Assembly (NCBI GenBank): GCA_040399745.1
Contig: JBBARP010000001.1
Location: forward strand, 266,617-330,616
Direction of reading: 5' to 3'
From: Bdellovibrionia bacterium
Lineage (GTDB): Bacteria; Bdellovibrionota; UBA1018
DNA length: 64,000 nucleotides
The position numbers were made by a program, and so were the translations under genes. Below, piece by piece: positions 1 through 9,601 of this stretch (the stretch's first letter is position 1; every line of letters starts with the position of its first letter). The notes under the pieces are model-generated. The model worked only from the letters and a program-made list of their open reading frames with translations, ran no database searches and was not told where the DNA came from.

Positions 1-2
1 GT

Positions 3-797
3 GCCTCTGCCGAGGCCGGGGCCGCTTTCGGAAATCCGGCGATGTACGTGGAGAAGTTCTGCGAACATCCTCGGCATGTCGAGATTCAGGTTCTTTGCGA
101 CAAGTTCGGTAATCGGCTTTTCCTGGGCGAGCGCGACTGCACCATCCAGCGCCGTCACCAGAAGTGCATCGAAGAAGCACCGAGCCCCATCATGGACGAA
201 AAAATGCGCCAGGCGATGGGCAAAGCCGCTTTGGACCTCTGCGCGTCTGTGAATTACGAGAACGTCGGAACGGTCGAGTTCTTGGTGGAAAAGGGTCAGT
301 TCTACTTCATGGAGATGAACACCCGGATTCAGGTCGAGCATCCGGTGACGGAGATGGTCACTGGCATTGACTTGATCAAAGAACAGATCAAGTCGGCTGC
401 CGGACATCGTCTTCAGATTAAACAATCGGATATCAAGATTAGCTCGCACGCGATCGAGTGCCGAATCAACGCCGAGGACCCGGAAACTTTTGCCCCCTCG
501 CCGGGCAAGATCACGGCACTTCACGTGCCGGGCGGCTATGGGGTTCGTGTGGAGTCATTCGTTTACGACCAGTACAAGGTCGTGCCGTACTACGACTCGA
601 TGCTCGCTAAGCTCATTGTTCACGCTCCCACGCGCGACGAAGCCATCGCAAAGATGCGCCAGGCGCTTGACGAGTTTCGAGTGGAGGGGATCAAAACCAA
701 TATCCCGTTCCACCAGAAAATCATGGACTCCGAGCTGTTCCGCTCGTCGAATTACGACACCCATTTTTTGGAAGTCTTCCTTCCGAAAAACAAGTAA
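3..797 (+). CDS. accC: Acetyl-CoA carboxylase biotin carboxylase subunit (5'-truncated by window edge)
   Basis: Frame open from base 3; motifs RHVEIQV, ERDCTIQRRHQK, EMNTRIQVEHPVTE, ECRINAEDP, YYDSMLAKL. Confidence 0.97.
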   Translation, partial: ASAEAGAAFGNPAMYVEKFCEHPRHVEIQVLCDKFGNRLFLGERDCTIQRRHQKCIEEAPSPIMDEKMRQAMGKAALDLCASVNYENVGTVEFLVEKGQFYFMEMNTRIQVEHPVTEMVTGIDLIKEQIKSAAGHRLQIKQSDIKISSHAIECRINAEDPETFAPSPGKITALHVPGGYGVRVESFVYDQYKVVPYYDSMLAKLIVHAPTRDEAIAKMRQALDEFRVEGIKTNIPFHQKIMDSELFRSSNYDTHFLEVFLPKNK

Positions 798-842
798 AAT
801 CAGGGTCATAAGTGGGTCAGGATGACCCGCTGTGGAGGCAGC

Positions 843-1724
843 ATGGACGAGAAGCCGACGCGGGTAGATCTCGGTGATGATCTATTGGAGAACACCCGGA
901 GTAGTGTGAGCGCAGAGGCGCCGGCAGCGTCGTCGCCTCAAGAGTCGGTCTCCGAACTTTTGGAGAGCGCCGCCATTCTGGAAAGTCAGGGGCTGCGTGA
1001 CGATGCCAAACGCTTACTTCGTCGCGTGCTTCGTCAAGATGCTCGAAATGTCTCAGCACGAAAGAAGCTCGAGGCAATTTTGAAGCTGGAGCTCGACGCT
1101 CTGCTTGCGGGCGAGCCGCTGCAATCCCCGACGCCAGTGCCGGGAGAAGCTTCGCGCCTTGAGTTCCCAGTGGATGATCCCGAAAGTGTGGACAGCGAAG
1201 CCGTGATGCGAGCTTTGGATCGCGATTTTCAGCTCGGCGTCTTCAAGGACGGAGGGCATGGGGAATCAGCAGATTTCGAAGCCATGGTGTTCGGTGACCG
1301 GGAGAATCGCGAAAAATTTGAGAAGGATCTGGAAGGGAAACTAGCGGGCGCTTCAGCTCGCGACTGTCTGGATCTAGCGATCGCGTTTCTCGAAATGGAT
1401 CTTTTCTCGGTTGCCCTCCATTTGCTCGAGCGAGCCGAGCATGATGGCGAGATTCGCTATCTGGCCGCTCCGCTTCGGGCAGATGCATTGATTCGGGTGG
1501 GGCGGGCTTTCGAGGCCGTATTGATCCTGGAGCCTCTGTGGCTCGACCCAGAGGTTTCGCGAGCCGGAAAATTGGAATACATGTACCTGATGGCCCGAGC
1601 CAAAGAGCAACTGGGGCGCCTCGACCAGGCGCTGGAATGGTACCGCCGGGTGCAGTCCGTTGATCCGGATTACCGCGAGACCGCGTTTCGCGTTCGCTCG
1701 ATGCTGCGAAGGATTGGCGAATGA
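843..1724 (+). CDS. TPR protein, probable SgmX/Bd2492-like positional homolog
   Basis: TPR-like helices (DLAIAFLEMDLFSVA; YLMARAKEQLGRLDQALEWYRRVQSVDPDYRE); between accC and tamB; GGAGG before ATG 843 (alternative start 822). Confidence 0.75.
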   Translation: MDEKPTRVDLGDDLLENTRSSVSAEAPAASSPQESVSELLESAAILESQGLRDDAKRLLRRVLRQDARNVSARKKLEAILKLELDALLAGEPLQSPTPVPGEASRLEFPVDDPESVDSEAVMRALDRDFQLGVFKDGGHGESADFEAMVFGDRENREKFEKDLEGKLAGASARDCLDLAIAFLEMDLFSVALHLLERAEHDGEIRYLAAPLRADALIRVGRAFEAVLILEPLWLDPEVSRAGKLEYMYLMARAKEQLGRLDQALEWYRRVQSVDPDYRETAFRVRSMLRRIGE

Positions 1725-4700
1725 TCCGCAAGCCCCTGCTTATTTTCACCGGCCTGACAGGCGTGCTGGTGGCGGGGGCTTTGCTCTTTATTCGGAGCGA
1801 GACCTTTGCAGGGGCTCTGCGACGATCGGCTCTGGCCTACCTTCCGCGCGGTTCTCAGGTGGATGTCGATTTTAATCGAGTCGCGATTGGCTTTTTTCCG
1901 CCATCCGTCAGTTTTTCCGGAATTCGGTTTCAAGCGAACGGAGGGAACTTTCTCGATCTTTCGGCGGGCACTCGAATCGTCGCCGATTCGTTGGAGCTTT
2001 CGTTCGGAGCCGTTCAGATGCTCTCGGGAAGTATCCGAGTCAGAAAGGTTTCAGTGAGGCGCGGGGAAGTCGACCTTCCGATTCGCCCCAAACCCAGCCG
2101 CGCTTCCCAAAAGGGTCAGCGTGATTCGGATCGCCTGCAGTGGAGCGATCTGTTTCAAGTGCAGGTGGAGTCCGTGAGTCTGGAAGATTCTAAGGTGCGC
2201 CTCAGCGCTCCGTCGGTTCCGGAATTTCACGCGCAAGCCTTAGCAGAGCACGCGGAAATTTCGCGTGCCCGCAACAGTCAGGGAGAGCCGGCGTATCAGC
2301 TTCAACTGGGGCTTCGCGATCTGCAGGCAGAGCTTCCAAAAGCCTGGAAGGTGCCGTTTCAGGGAATCCACTCGTTTGAAGCGGATTTGAAGGTGGGCAA
2401 GTCGGGTGTGGAGATCGGCCGTCTCGAGGCCAAGAGCCCGGGCCTCCGAATCGGAGTGTCCGGTCGCGTAGATGGCGATTTACTCGAACCGAAGAAGCTT
2501 CCGATGGACCTTCAAGGTGAGCTGAAGTTTGATCTCTCGGCTCTGCGTTCTTGGATTCCGGAATTGGAAAAAAAGGGCGTCTCGGGCCAGAGCTTGTTCC
2601 GAGGTCGCCTGCAGGGAGATTTCGCCCGTCTTCAGGAAACGTTGCGGGGCGAGGGTCGACTTGAATTACAGAATTTGAAAGCAGGCACTTTCGAGGCGGA
2701 TCGCGCCGAGCTGAATGGATCGTGGGAATCCAGCGACGGGGGAGAGCTTCAGCTTCAGGGAGCTGAGATTGAAGCGGTCCAAACGCCGCGAGTCGACGGA
2801 GTGTCCCCAGGCAAAGGCGGAAAGGTCCGGATCGGGAGTGTTCGGTACCGTCTGCGCTCGAGTGAGCCGGTCACCGTTCCGATTGAATTGGAAGGCGCCC
2901 ACATCCACTGGCTGGGAGCGGCGGCAGTGGAGAGTATCTGGAATCTCGACTCGCGGCTGAACGGAAAGATTCAAGCCACCTACCATCCAGGAAGCCGAAA
3001 AAAGCCGGGCCACGTTTTGGCCCAACTGGATCTGAAGGCCAAAGATTTTCATCTCGATAACCAGAGGCCGGGCTTGAACCGCCCACGGCGCGATTTTATT
3101 GCCGTTCCAGAGTTCGCGCTTCAGGGGGCTGTGCTCATCGACTCCAAAGCCGTGATGCCTCAGAATCTTTTGGTTTCTGCGGGCCGGGTTCAACTGACGG
3201 CTGGCGGAAAAATCGACTACGCTACGGGGTGGGATCTTCAGGCGGAAGGTCCCGTGGCGCTTCAGGATTTGGGTCAGCTGGCGCAGAACCCCATTCGCGG
3301 AGAGGGGACGTTGAAGCTTCAAGTTCACGGTCGTCCCGAGCGAGTGAAGCTCGACTTCGACTGCGATCTGAAAGACGCCTATTACCTCGATATGGCTTTT
3401 GGTGATTTCCAAGGACGAATCACCTACGATGATGCTCCCACACACCTGATTTTCTCGGGGATTCGCGCTGCCAAAGGTCGCACTCGCTACGAAGTCGACG
3501 GTAAACTCGAGATGGGTGACCGCGACAAAGCCGAGATATCGGCTCGCTTCCTTCAAGGTCGCATCGAGGATCTGACCGCACTCTTTTCGGACATGCTGAA
3601 GCCCGTTTCCTGGTTCCCGCGAACCTTGAACGGCGACTTCCGCGGTGGCCTCACGGTTAGCGGTGGGTTGGACTTGAAAACGCTGCGCGTGCAGGGTGAG
3701 CTCGCCGGAACCCACTGGGAGTGGATGGGTGAGCGCTTTGCCCAGGCTCGTTTGGTGGGAGGCTACGATCGGGGCCGCTACTACATCGAGGAGTTTCGCG
3801 GCACGAAGAATGCGGGTCGGCTTCGGGGTCGGGTTTCTTATGGTCCTGAGCCCACGTTTGACTGGTCCTTGATTACCGACGATTTCCACGCTCGCGATTT
3901 TGACCACGTTTCGCGCTTGGATGTTCCTGTGAAAGCCTCTTTTCGAGCCACCAGTCAGGGACGAGGCAAAGAAGGCGAAGTCGAGTCGCTCACCATTCTT
4001 ACCGTGAATGACCTGAACGTGCGGGGGGTTTCCTACCCGGACAGTTCACTGGAGTTGAGAACTCGGAATGGTCAGCTTCAGGCAACCGGCCAGGCCTTTG
4101 GGGGCCAAGCCTCGGTCGATGGTCTCTGGGGCTCGGCCGCCGGAGCGGCAGGCCGCCTGAAGCTGCGAGCGCAGGATCTCGATTTTTCCCCGCTTCTGTT
4201 GCTGCTGAATCCCGCACTCATCCAAGATCCGATGCTTCGCGGGCGGTTGAGTGGGACGGCAGATCTGAGTTTACCTTCCGAAAGGACCGATCTGGCATCA
4301 GGAACGGTTTCTCTCGATGCTTATGAATTGAGAAAGACCGGGACCTCTTTCACGTTGGCACAACCTTCGCGATTAGAACTCCAACAAGGTACGGCAGCGG
4401 CCACGCAGGTCGTGCTGCGAGGAACGCAAGGCGACGCTGTCTTGAAGCTGGCCTCGCGCGAAGGTGCTCTGGACGGAAGCATTCAAGGCCGACTGGACGC
4501 TTCTCTGATCGAGTTCCTGACCCCCAGTATCCAGCAGGCATCGGGGGCTCAGGATTTGGATTTTCGAATCCTCGGTCGATGGTCGCTTCCGACGATCGAG
4601 GGGCGGATTCGTCTCTCCGATGTGGCCGTACGAGTGGGTGCGGTCGAATCGCCTTTTGAAAATATTCGCGGCGAGCTGTCTTTAAGGCAGGGCCTGGTTC

Positions 4701-5824
4701 GTGTTCTGGATTTGTCGGGCGATCTAGCCGGCGGAAGGGTTTCTTCCACGGGCCAAGTTGAACTCTTCGCTGATCGTTACCCTGAGATTTCACTTCAATC
4801 GAACGTGCAGGGAAGTCGGATCAAGGTCTTCCCTTTCCAGTTTGCAAAACTGCGGGGGAAGCTGGGGGTTCGAGGGAGCGCTCCGCCTTATCTGGTTGAT
4901 GGCTCGATGGTGGTGGAAAGTGCTCTTTCTCGCGAGAAAGTGATGAACACAAGCCAGGGTCGCGTTCTGAAGTCAGCGCTTTATACGCCTCCGCCGGGTT
5001 CATCGCGAGAAGCTGATATTCCGCTCTTTAAGCTCGACATCGGTGTGCGAGCCGATCAGGGCGTCATCGTGAAAAACGACCTGTTTGATGCTGAGCTGAA
5101 AGCTCAAATCAAAGTGGTGAATACCCTCGAAGCTCCGAGAATCGTCGGAACCGCGGATGTGATCCGGGGTAACCTCAGTTTCAAAGACCGGATTTTCCAA
5201 ATTCAATCGGCCCAGATCCAGTTCGATAATCCGGCGGTTCTGAATCCTGCCTTCAACATGACCTCCAGTTCCGACATCAACGGAACCAAAGTGCAGCTCT
5301 ATGCTGTGGGCCGAATGGACGCATGGAGAATTGATCTGTCTTCCAACCCGGTTTTACCTGAGTCCGAGATTATTTCGCTCCTGGCACTCGGTGCGACCTC
5401 GGAAGAGGTACGACGCCTGCGCGGCGGCGATCGAAGCTCGTTTGAACAAGGTGAAGCCGCATCGCTCTTGCTCCATTCACTCGACTTCAATCGGAACGTG
5501 AAGGACAAAACGGGTTTCCAGATTCAACTCGATGAAGCCGTGGGGACCGTTCAGGGCGCTTCCGTATTCCGCCCCCGGGCAGACACCGAGGCGACCACCT
5601 CCCCGAAACTGGTGATTCGCCGCCGAATCGGGAAGAAAGTGGATCTCTCGGTCGGAAGCACGGTGGGGGTGGGAACGAATCACCAGCGCGAAGTGAACTT
5701 GGAGTATCAGCTCACTCCCGGTGTCTCTGTTAACGGGGTTTGGGATACGCAGGAAACTCTGGAAACCCAAGAGCCTCAGACTTCATACGGCGTGGACTTC
5801 AAACTGCAGCGGAGGTTCAAGTAA
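1721..5824 (+). CDS. tamB: TamB/AsmA-like translocation and assembly module protein (C-terminal DUF490-like)
   Basis: 1367 aa, N-terminal membrane anchor, repetitive beta-rich body, C-terminal LSSNPVLPESEIISLLALG; ATGA overlap with TPR gene; followed by an Omp85 gene. Confidence 0.85.
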   Translation: MIRKPLLIFTGLTGVLVAGALLFIRSETFAGALRRSALAYLPRGSQVDVDFNRVAIGFFPPSVSFSGIRFQANGGNFLDLSAGTRIVADSLELSFGAVQMLSGSIRVRKVSVRRGEVDLPIRPKPSRASQKGQRDSDRLQWSDLFQVQVESVSLEDSKVRLSAPSVPEFHAQALAEHAEISRARNSQGEPAYQLQLGLRDLQAELPKAWKVPFQGIHSFEADLKVGKSGVEIGRLEAKSPGLRIGVSGRVDGDLLEPKKLPMDLQGELKFDLSALRSWIPELEKKGVSGQSLFRGRLQGDFARLQETLRGEGRLELQNLKAGTFEADRAELNGSWESSDGGELQLQGAEIEAVQTPRVDGVSPGKGGKVRIGSVRYRLRSSEPVTVPIELEGAHIHWLGAAAVESIWNLDSRLNGKIQATYHPGSRKKPGHVLAQLDLKAKDFHLDNQRPGLNRPRRDFIAVPEFALQGAVLIDSKAVMPQNLLVSAGRVQLTAGGKIDYATGWDLQAEGPVALQDLGQLAQNPIRGEGTLKLQVHGRPERVKLDFDCDLKDAYYLDMAFGDFQGRITYDDAPTHLIFSGIRAAKGRTRYEVDGKLEMGDRDKAEISARFLQGRIEDLTALFSDMLKPVSWFPRTLNGDFRGGLTVSGGLDLKTLRVQGELAGTHWEWMGERFAQARLVGGYDRGRYYIEEFRGTKNAGRLRGRVSYGPEPTFDWSLITDDFHARDFDHVSRLDVPVKASFRATSQGRGKEGEVESLTILTVNDLNVRGVSYPDSSLELRTRNGQLQATGQAFGGQASVDGLWGSAAGAAGRLKLRAQDLDFSPLLLLLNPALIQDPMLRGRLSGTADLSLPSERTDLASGTVSLDAYELRKTGTSFTLAQPSRLELQQGTAAATQVVLRGTQGDAVLKLASREGALDGSIQGRLDASLIEFLTPSIQQASGAQDLDFRILGRWSLPTIEGRIRLSDVAVRVGAVESPFENIRGELSLRQGLVRVLDLSGDLAGGRVSSTGQVELFADRYPEISLQSNVQGSRIKVFPFQFAKLRGKLGVRGSAPPYLVDGSMVVESALSREKVMNTSQGRVLKSALYTPPPGSSREADIPLFKLDIGVRADQGVIVKNDLFDAELKAQIKVVNTLEAPRIVGTADVIRGNLSFKDRIFQIQSAQIQFDNPAVLNPAFNMTSSSDINGTKVQLYAVGRMDAWRIDLSSNPVLPESEIISLLALGATSEEVRRLRGGDRSSFEQGEAASLLLHSLDFNRNVKDKTGFQIQLDEAVGTVQGASVFRPRADTEATTSPKLVIRRRIGKKVDLSVGSTVGVGTNHQREVNLEYQLTPGVSVNGVWDTQETLETQEPQTSYGVDFKLQRRFK

Positions 5825-8476
5825 ATGAGCCTTCGGCTTCGATACGCCTGGATGCTTTCGGCCGTGCTGCTGGGTTCAGTCCTGCCGGCTGCGGAGCTTC
5901 GTGCGGCGGAAACCAAAGCGAGTGCGGCGCTACTGGAAGTAGACCGCGTGGAGTTACTCGGAGTCACAGCGCTAGAGGGCCAGGATGTTGAGTCCGCACT
6001 CGAAATCATCGCCGGGGATTCGCTCGAGCGAAGCAAAGTGGTGCGCTCGTTAGAAAACCTCCAAGCCTTGTATCGTGCACGTGGTTTTGAACAGGTTCGG
6101 GTCAAGAGCGAACTGGTTCGCGAACGGGACGAAGACGGGCGTCTCGAGAACGTGGTTCGAATTCGAGTGGAAGAGGGGCAGCCTACCCGGATCGCCTCGA
6201 TTCGAATCGAGCTTCCCCCGCAGGAGACCGGAAAGCGCGCGAAGTCCATTCGGGACCTGGCGCTGAGCTTGGGGATTCGATCGGGCGATTTGCTGGATCA
6301 GGAAAAATTGGCCGAGGCTCGACGACTCGTTCAGGAGCGCTTGGGTGCCGAGGAATTCATTGGTGGACGTGCGGAAGAGAAGACTCTCGCTGTGGACCGC
6401 GTCCCTGCCGAGCTTTCTCGCGAGTATCCGGCAGGTCGTTGGGTCGATCTGGTTCTTCAGGTTGAGCTGGGTGAAAAAGTTAGTTTTGGTTTTCGGGGTA
6501 ACCGCGTTTTCACCTCTGGGCAGTTGGGTGTCATGGTGGAAGAGCTTCGCAGCGTGGGCTTCGGAAAAGACTACGTCGGCGCGGTTCAGGCCAAGCTCGA
6601 GGATGAGTACCGAAAGTCGGGCTACGCTCGGGTGCGAGTTTCCTCGTTCGCTTTCGAAGGTGCCCAAGAGGGCGAACGAAGAATCAGTTACGTGATTGAA
6701 GAGGGGCCTCGTGTCGTGCTGGCGCGGGTCAACTTTGAAGGGAACTCCTTCTTCTCCGCGAAGCAGCTCAATGAAGAGTTCAAAGCAAGGGCGCCGGCAC
6801 TCACTTCAAATGGGTATTATTCAGAAGTAGAGATCGAGAAGACTTCCGAACTTCTGGTGGAGTGGATGCGGTCTCAGGGTTTTCTCTCTGCGAAAACCGT
6901 GACCATTCAACGCGCCTACAATTCGCGTGGCGATGAAGTGTCGCTGATGGTTTACCTGTTCGAGGGTCAGCAGACTGTGGTCGAGTCGATTGCCCTGGAG
7001 GGGGCTTCGGCAATCTCGCGTTCCGAAATCCTTTCTTTGTTGGCGCTTCAGGAAGGAAAGCCTCTCGATCTTTTTGCCTTCACAGAAGGTGTCGAAGTTC
7101 TGAAAGCTTTGTATCGGCGACGCGGCTACCTGGATGCTCGTATCAGAAATGAAGGTACGGAATCGGTCGTGCGCTATTCCGACGAGAACCGAGTAGCGCG
7201 AATTCGTCTCGAGCTCGACGAAGGCAAGCCCGCCGTTGTCTCCCGAATCGAAGTGGAAGGTCTGTCCAGCACACGCGAGAAAGTGGTGCTCCGAGAACTT
7301 CCCTTCAAAGTCGGCAGCGGAATGGATGAAGGCAAGATCCAGGAGGGCGAAAGCCGCCTCCGGAAGTTGGGCGTTTTCTCCAGCGCTGAAATCCTTGTTT
7401 CTCCCGACCCTCGTGGGGAAGGGCTGAAGCGGATCAGGGTGAGTGTCCAGGAGGGAACCCCAGGACTTCTCGCTGGAGGGATCGGATTCCGGAACGATCT
7501 AGGGGTGCGGGTCTTCGGGCAGACCGCTTACACTAATTTGCACGGTCGCAATCACACGGCGTCGCTTTCAGCGAACATGAACCGTCGATTCACTCCTAAT
7601 TTCTGTAGCAAAGGAATGGTCGACGGTCCGGACTGCTTCCTCGAGTACCAGGTCGAGCTGGGCTACGTTTGGCCTTGGTTTGCTTTTGGAGAGACGACGT
7701 TTCGGCCCAAGATTTCGCTCGAGCGAACCATCTTCCGTCTTCTGGATACCGACGCTGCTATTTTTTCGGCCACTTTGGCGCGTCCGCTCCTACGTTCGCC
7801 CCAGCTGACGGCAAGCTTGAGTTACAGCTTGGAGAGGATTCGTCAGTTTAATGCTCGTTCGTCTGAGGATAACGACAACCTGCGGATCGGCTCGGTCACG
7901 CCGAGTCTACGACTCGACCTTCGGGATAATCCCCTCGTTCCCACTCGCGGATTTTACGCCGAGACTTCCTATGAGTACGCAGCGACGAGCTTGGGATCTC
8001 AGGGCGCACCTTTGCCGATCGGCTACTCTCGAGCCCAGTTCAGGACGGATTGGCTGCTTCCGGTGCCTTTCGGAATCATCGCTTCATTTAGCTTTAGAAC
8101 CGGCTTGGAGCGAAACTTTGAAAATCAAATTCCTCTCTCCAAACAGTTCGCCCTGGGCGGCGTGACCAGTCTTCGCGGTTTCCGAGAGCAGGAGCTGAAC
8201 ATTCAATCGACGTCGGTCACCGGATTTGCATCCTACGTGAACTATCGAAGCGAATTGAGCTTCCCCTTCACGGGTGCGCTTCGGATTGTTCCTTTCCTCG
8301 ATGCGGCCAATTTGCTGGTCGACGATTATTCGCTCGGCAACCTTCGTTACGGCGCAGGGGCAGGACTTCATTACTTGAGCCCGGTGGGTCCGGTGAATTT
8401 CGACTGGGGCTTTAAGTTAAGGGCGTTGGCAGGCGAGGACGCCTATCGTTTCTACTTCTCGATTGGCGTGCTTTGA
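5825..8476 (+). CDS. Omp85-family outer membrane protein (TamA/BamA-like, multiple POTRA domains)
   Basis: Signal peptide; POTRA repeats (LYRARGF..VRV; EYRKSGYARVRV; YRRRGYLDARI); barrel motifs GGVTSLRGF and YLSPVGPVNFDWG. Confidence 0.92.
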   Translation: MSLRLRYAWMLSAVLLGSVLPAAELRAAETKASAALLEVDRVELLGVTALEGQDVESALEIIAGDSLERSKVVRSLENLQALYRARGFEQVRVKSELVRERDEDGRLENVVRIRVEEGQPTRIASIRIELPPQETGKRAKSIRDLALSLGIRSGDLLDQEKLAEARRLVQERLGAEEFIGGRAEEKTLAVDRVPAELSREYPAGRWVDLVLQVELGEKVSFGFRGNRVFTSGQLGVMVEELRSVGFGKDYVGAVQAKLEDEYRKSGYARVRVSSFAFEGAQEGERRISYVIEEGPRVVLARVNFEGNSFFSAKQLNEEFKARAPALTSNGYYSEVEIEKTSELLVEWMRSQGFLSAKTVTIQRAYNSRGDEVSLMVYLFEGQQTVVESIALEGASAISRSEILSLLALQEGKPLDLFAFTEGVEVLKALYRRRGYLDARIRNEGTESVVRYSDENRVARIRLELDEGKPAVVSRIEVEGLSSTREKVVLRELPFKVGSGMDEGKIQEGESRLRKLGVFSSAEILVSPDPRGEGLKRIRVSVQEGTPGLLAGGIGFRNDLGVRVFGQTAYTNLHGRNHTASLSANMNRRFTPNFCSKGMVDGPDCFLEYQVELGYVWPWFAFGETTFRPKISLERTIFRLLDTDAAIFSATLARPLLRSPQLTASLSYSLERIRQFNARSSEDNDNLRIGSVTPSLRLDLRDNPLVPTRGFYAETSYEYAATSLGSQGAPLPIGYSRAQFRTDWLLPVPFGIIASFSFRTGLERNFENQIPLSKQFALGGVTSLRGFREQELNIQSTSVTGFASYVNYRSELSFPFTGALRIVPFLDAANLLVDDYSLGNLRYGAGAGLHYLSPVGPVNFDWGFKLRALAGEDAYRFYFSIGVL

Positions 8477-8482
8477 GAGCCC

Positions 8483-9475
8483 CTATTTCCCGGGTTCGTA
8501 TTTGACCAGCGTCGCGACGATCGTTCCGATTTTCAGTTTTGCTTCGAGGCGCAAAGGAATCCGAGTTTCGTCGAGCGAGATCCAGAGGAAGTTATCGTCC
8601 GGCTTTTTGAGCTGGCCGTTGATGCGCGCTCCGAGACGAAGTTTCAGAGCTTGTTTGTCTCCGAGACGAGAAGAGAGCTTTTCGGTTCCCTCGACTTTGA
8701 TGATCGATTGGAAGTGCTTTCCCTCTTGGGCGACTTCAAACTCAACCTGTTCGTTCAGCCGCAAGGGGATGGCGCGCAGGTAGTAGAGCGAGGACACGCT
8801 GTCTTGAGCAAAGCGTGGCATCGGGAAATAGCCCTCGTGCCGTTTTGGGGTGTTGTCCCGGGGGGCCCAGAAATTTCGGTAAAACATTCGCCCTTGCTCA
8901 TGGTCATAAAGTTCCAAGGTCTGGCGAGTCTGCTTGCTTTCGTCCAAGCTCATCTGAAAGCGGTGCGAGAAAAGGCCCGTTTGATCGAAGAAAGTATCGA
9001 TCCGGTCGTTCATCCGGTAAACGAGCTTAAAAAGTGGGTGACTCTCGACGGTGATCGCCGAGTGATAGACGGCGCGGCCGTTGATGGTCTGCGGGGGCTG
9101 AACGGTCATCGTGAAGTAAGCCGCAGGCACCCCGAAGTACGTAATTTCATAGACCGCTTTTTCGCCGGTCTTGAACTGCGTTTGGAGGTCTTTTCGGAGA
9201 TCGGGGTACTGCATGGCCGGCGCGGCAGGAGTGGAAGCGGCCTTCTTTTTTTGGATTCCTTTTTTCTCGCTCGGAAGGCTAGCCGGGGCGGTAGAGGCGC
9301 TTGCGGGCACGGCGGGAATCGCAGCGGCGGCTTGGAGTTCGAAGCGATCAGCCATCTCTTTGGGAAGCGTGAGGAGTTCTTCGGTCGGAGGGGTCACGCG
9401 GCCGCCGCTGGCGCAGCCCAAAGGAAACCCAGCAAGCAAGAGAAGCACAAGAGTTCGGTAGGCTGGCGACAGCAT
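8483..9475 (-). CDS. DUF3108-like lipoprotein
   Basis: Lipobox-like FPLGC; FKTGEKAVYEITYFGVPA, QDSVSSLYYLR, LWISLDETRIPLRLEAKLKIG patterns. Confidence 0.75.
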   Translation of the reverse strand: MLSPAYRTLVLLLLAGFPLGCASGGRVTPPTEELLTLPKEMADRFELQAAAAIPAVPASASTAPASLPSEKKGIQKKKAASTPAAPAMQYPDLRKDLQTQFKTGEKAVYEITYFGVPAAYFTMTVQPPQTINGRAVYHSAITVESHPLFKLVYRMNDRIDTFFDQTGLFSHRFQMSLDESKQTRQTLELYDHEQGRMFYRNFWAPRDNTPKRHEGYFPMPRFAQDSVSSLYYLRAIPLRLNEQVEFEVAQEGKHFQSIIKVEGTEKLSSRLGDKQALKLRLGARINGQLKKPDDNFLWISLDETRIPLRLEAKLKIGTIVATLVKYEPGK

Positions 9476-9511
9476 GGCATCAGCCTAGCGGAAGCATCCT
9501 AAACCTGTCGA
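9476..9511 (-). promoter_or_regulatory. Sigma70-type promoter, leaderless configuration
   Basis: Minus strand TCGACA-N18-TAGGCT-N6-ATG; no SD. Confidence 0.5.
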
Positions 9512-9601
9512 TAGTGTGTGGAATCCAAGTTGATCTTTAGCTTGGGCGCCGCGACGATGGAGGGGATGGGGAAGCGGATTCACCGAAGAAAAGAGACGAG
9601 C

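Noticed and set aside
2666..3907. 413-aa antisense ORF inside tamB (similarly 8651-9502, 24053-24745, 26662-27546, 36069-37103, 37085-38581, 39134-40216, 55228-55995)
   Set aside because: Shadows of well-supported genes, expected from GC-rich codon bias; no recognisable motifs
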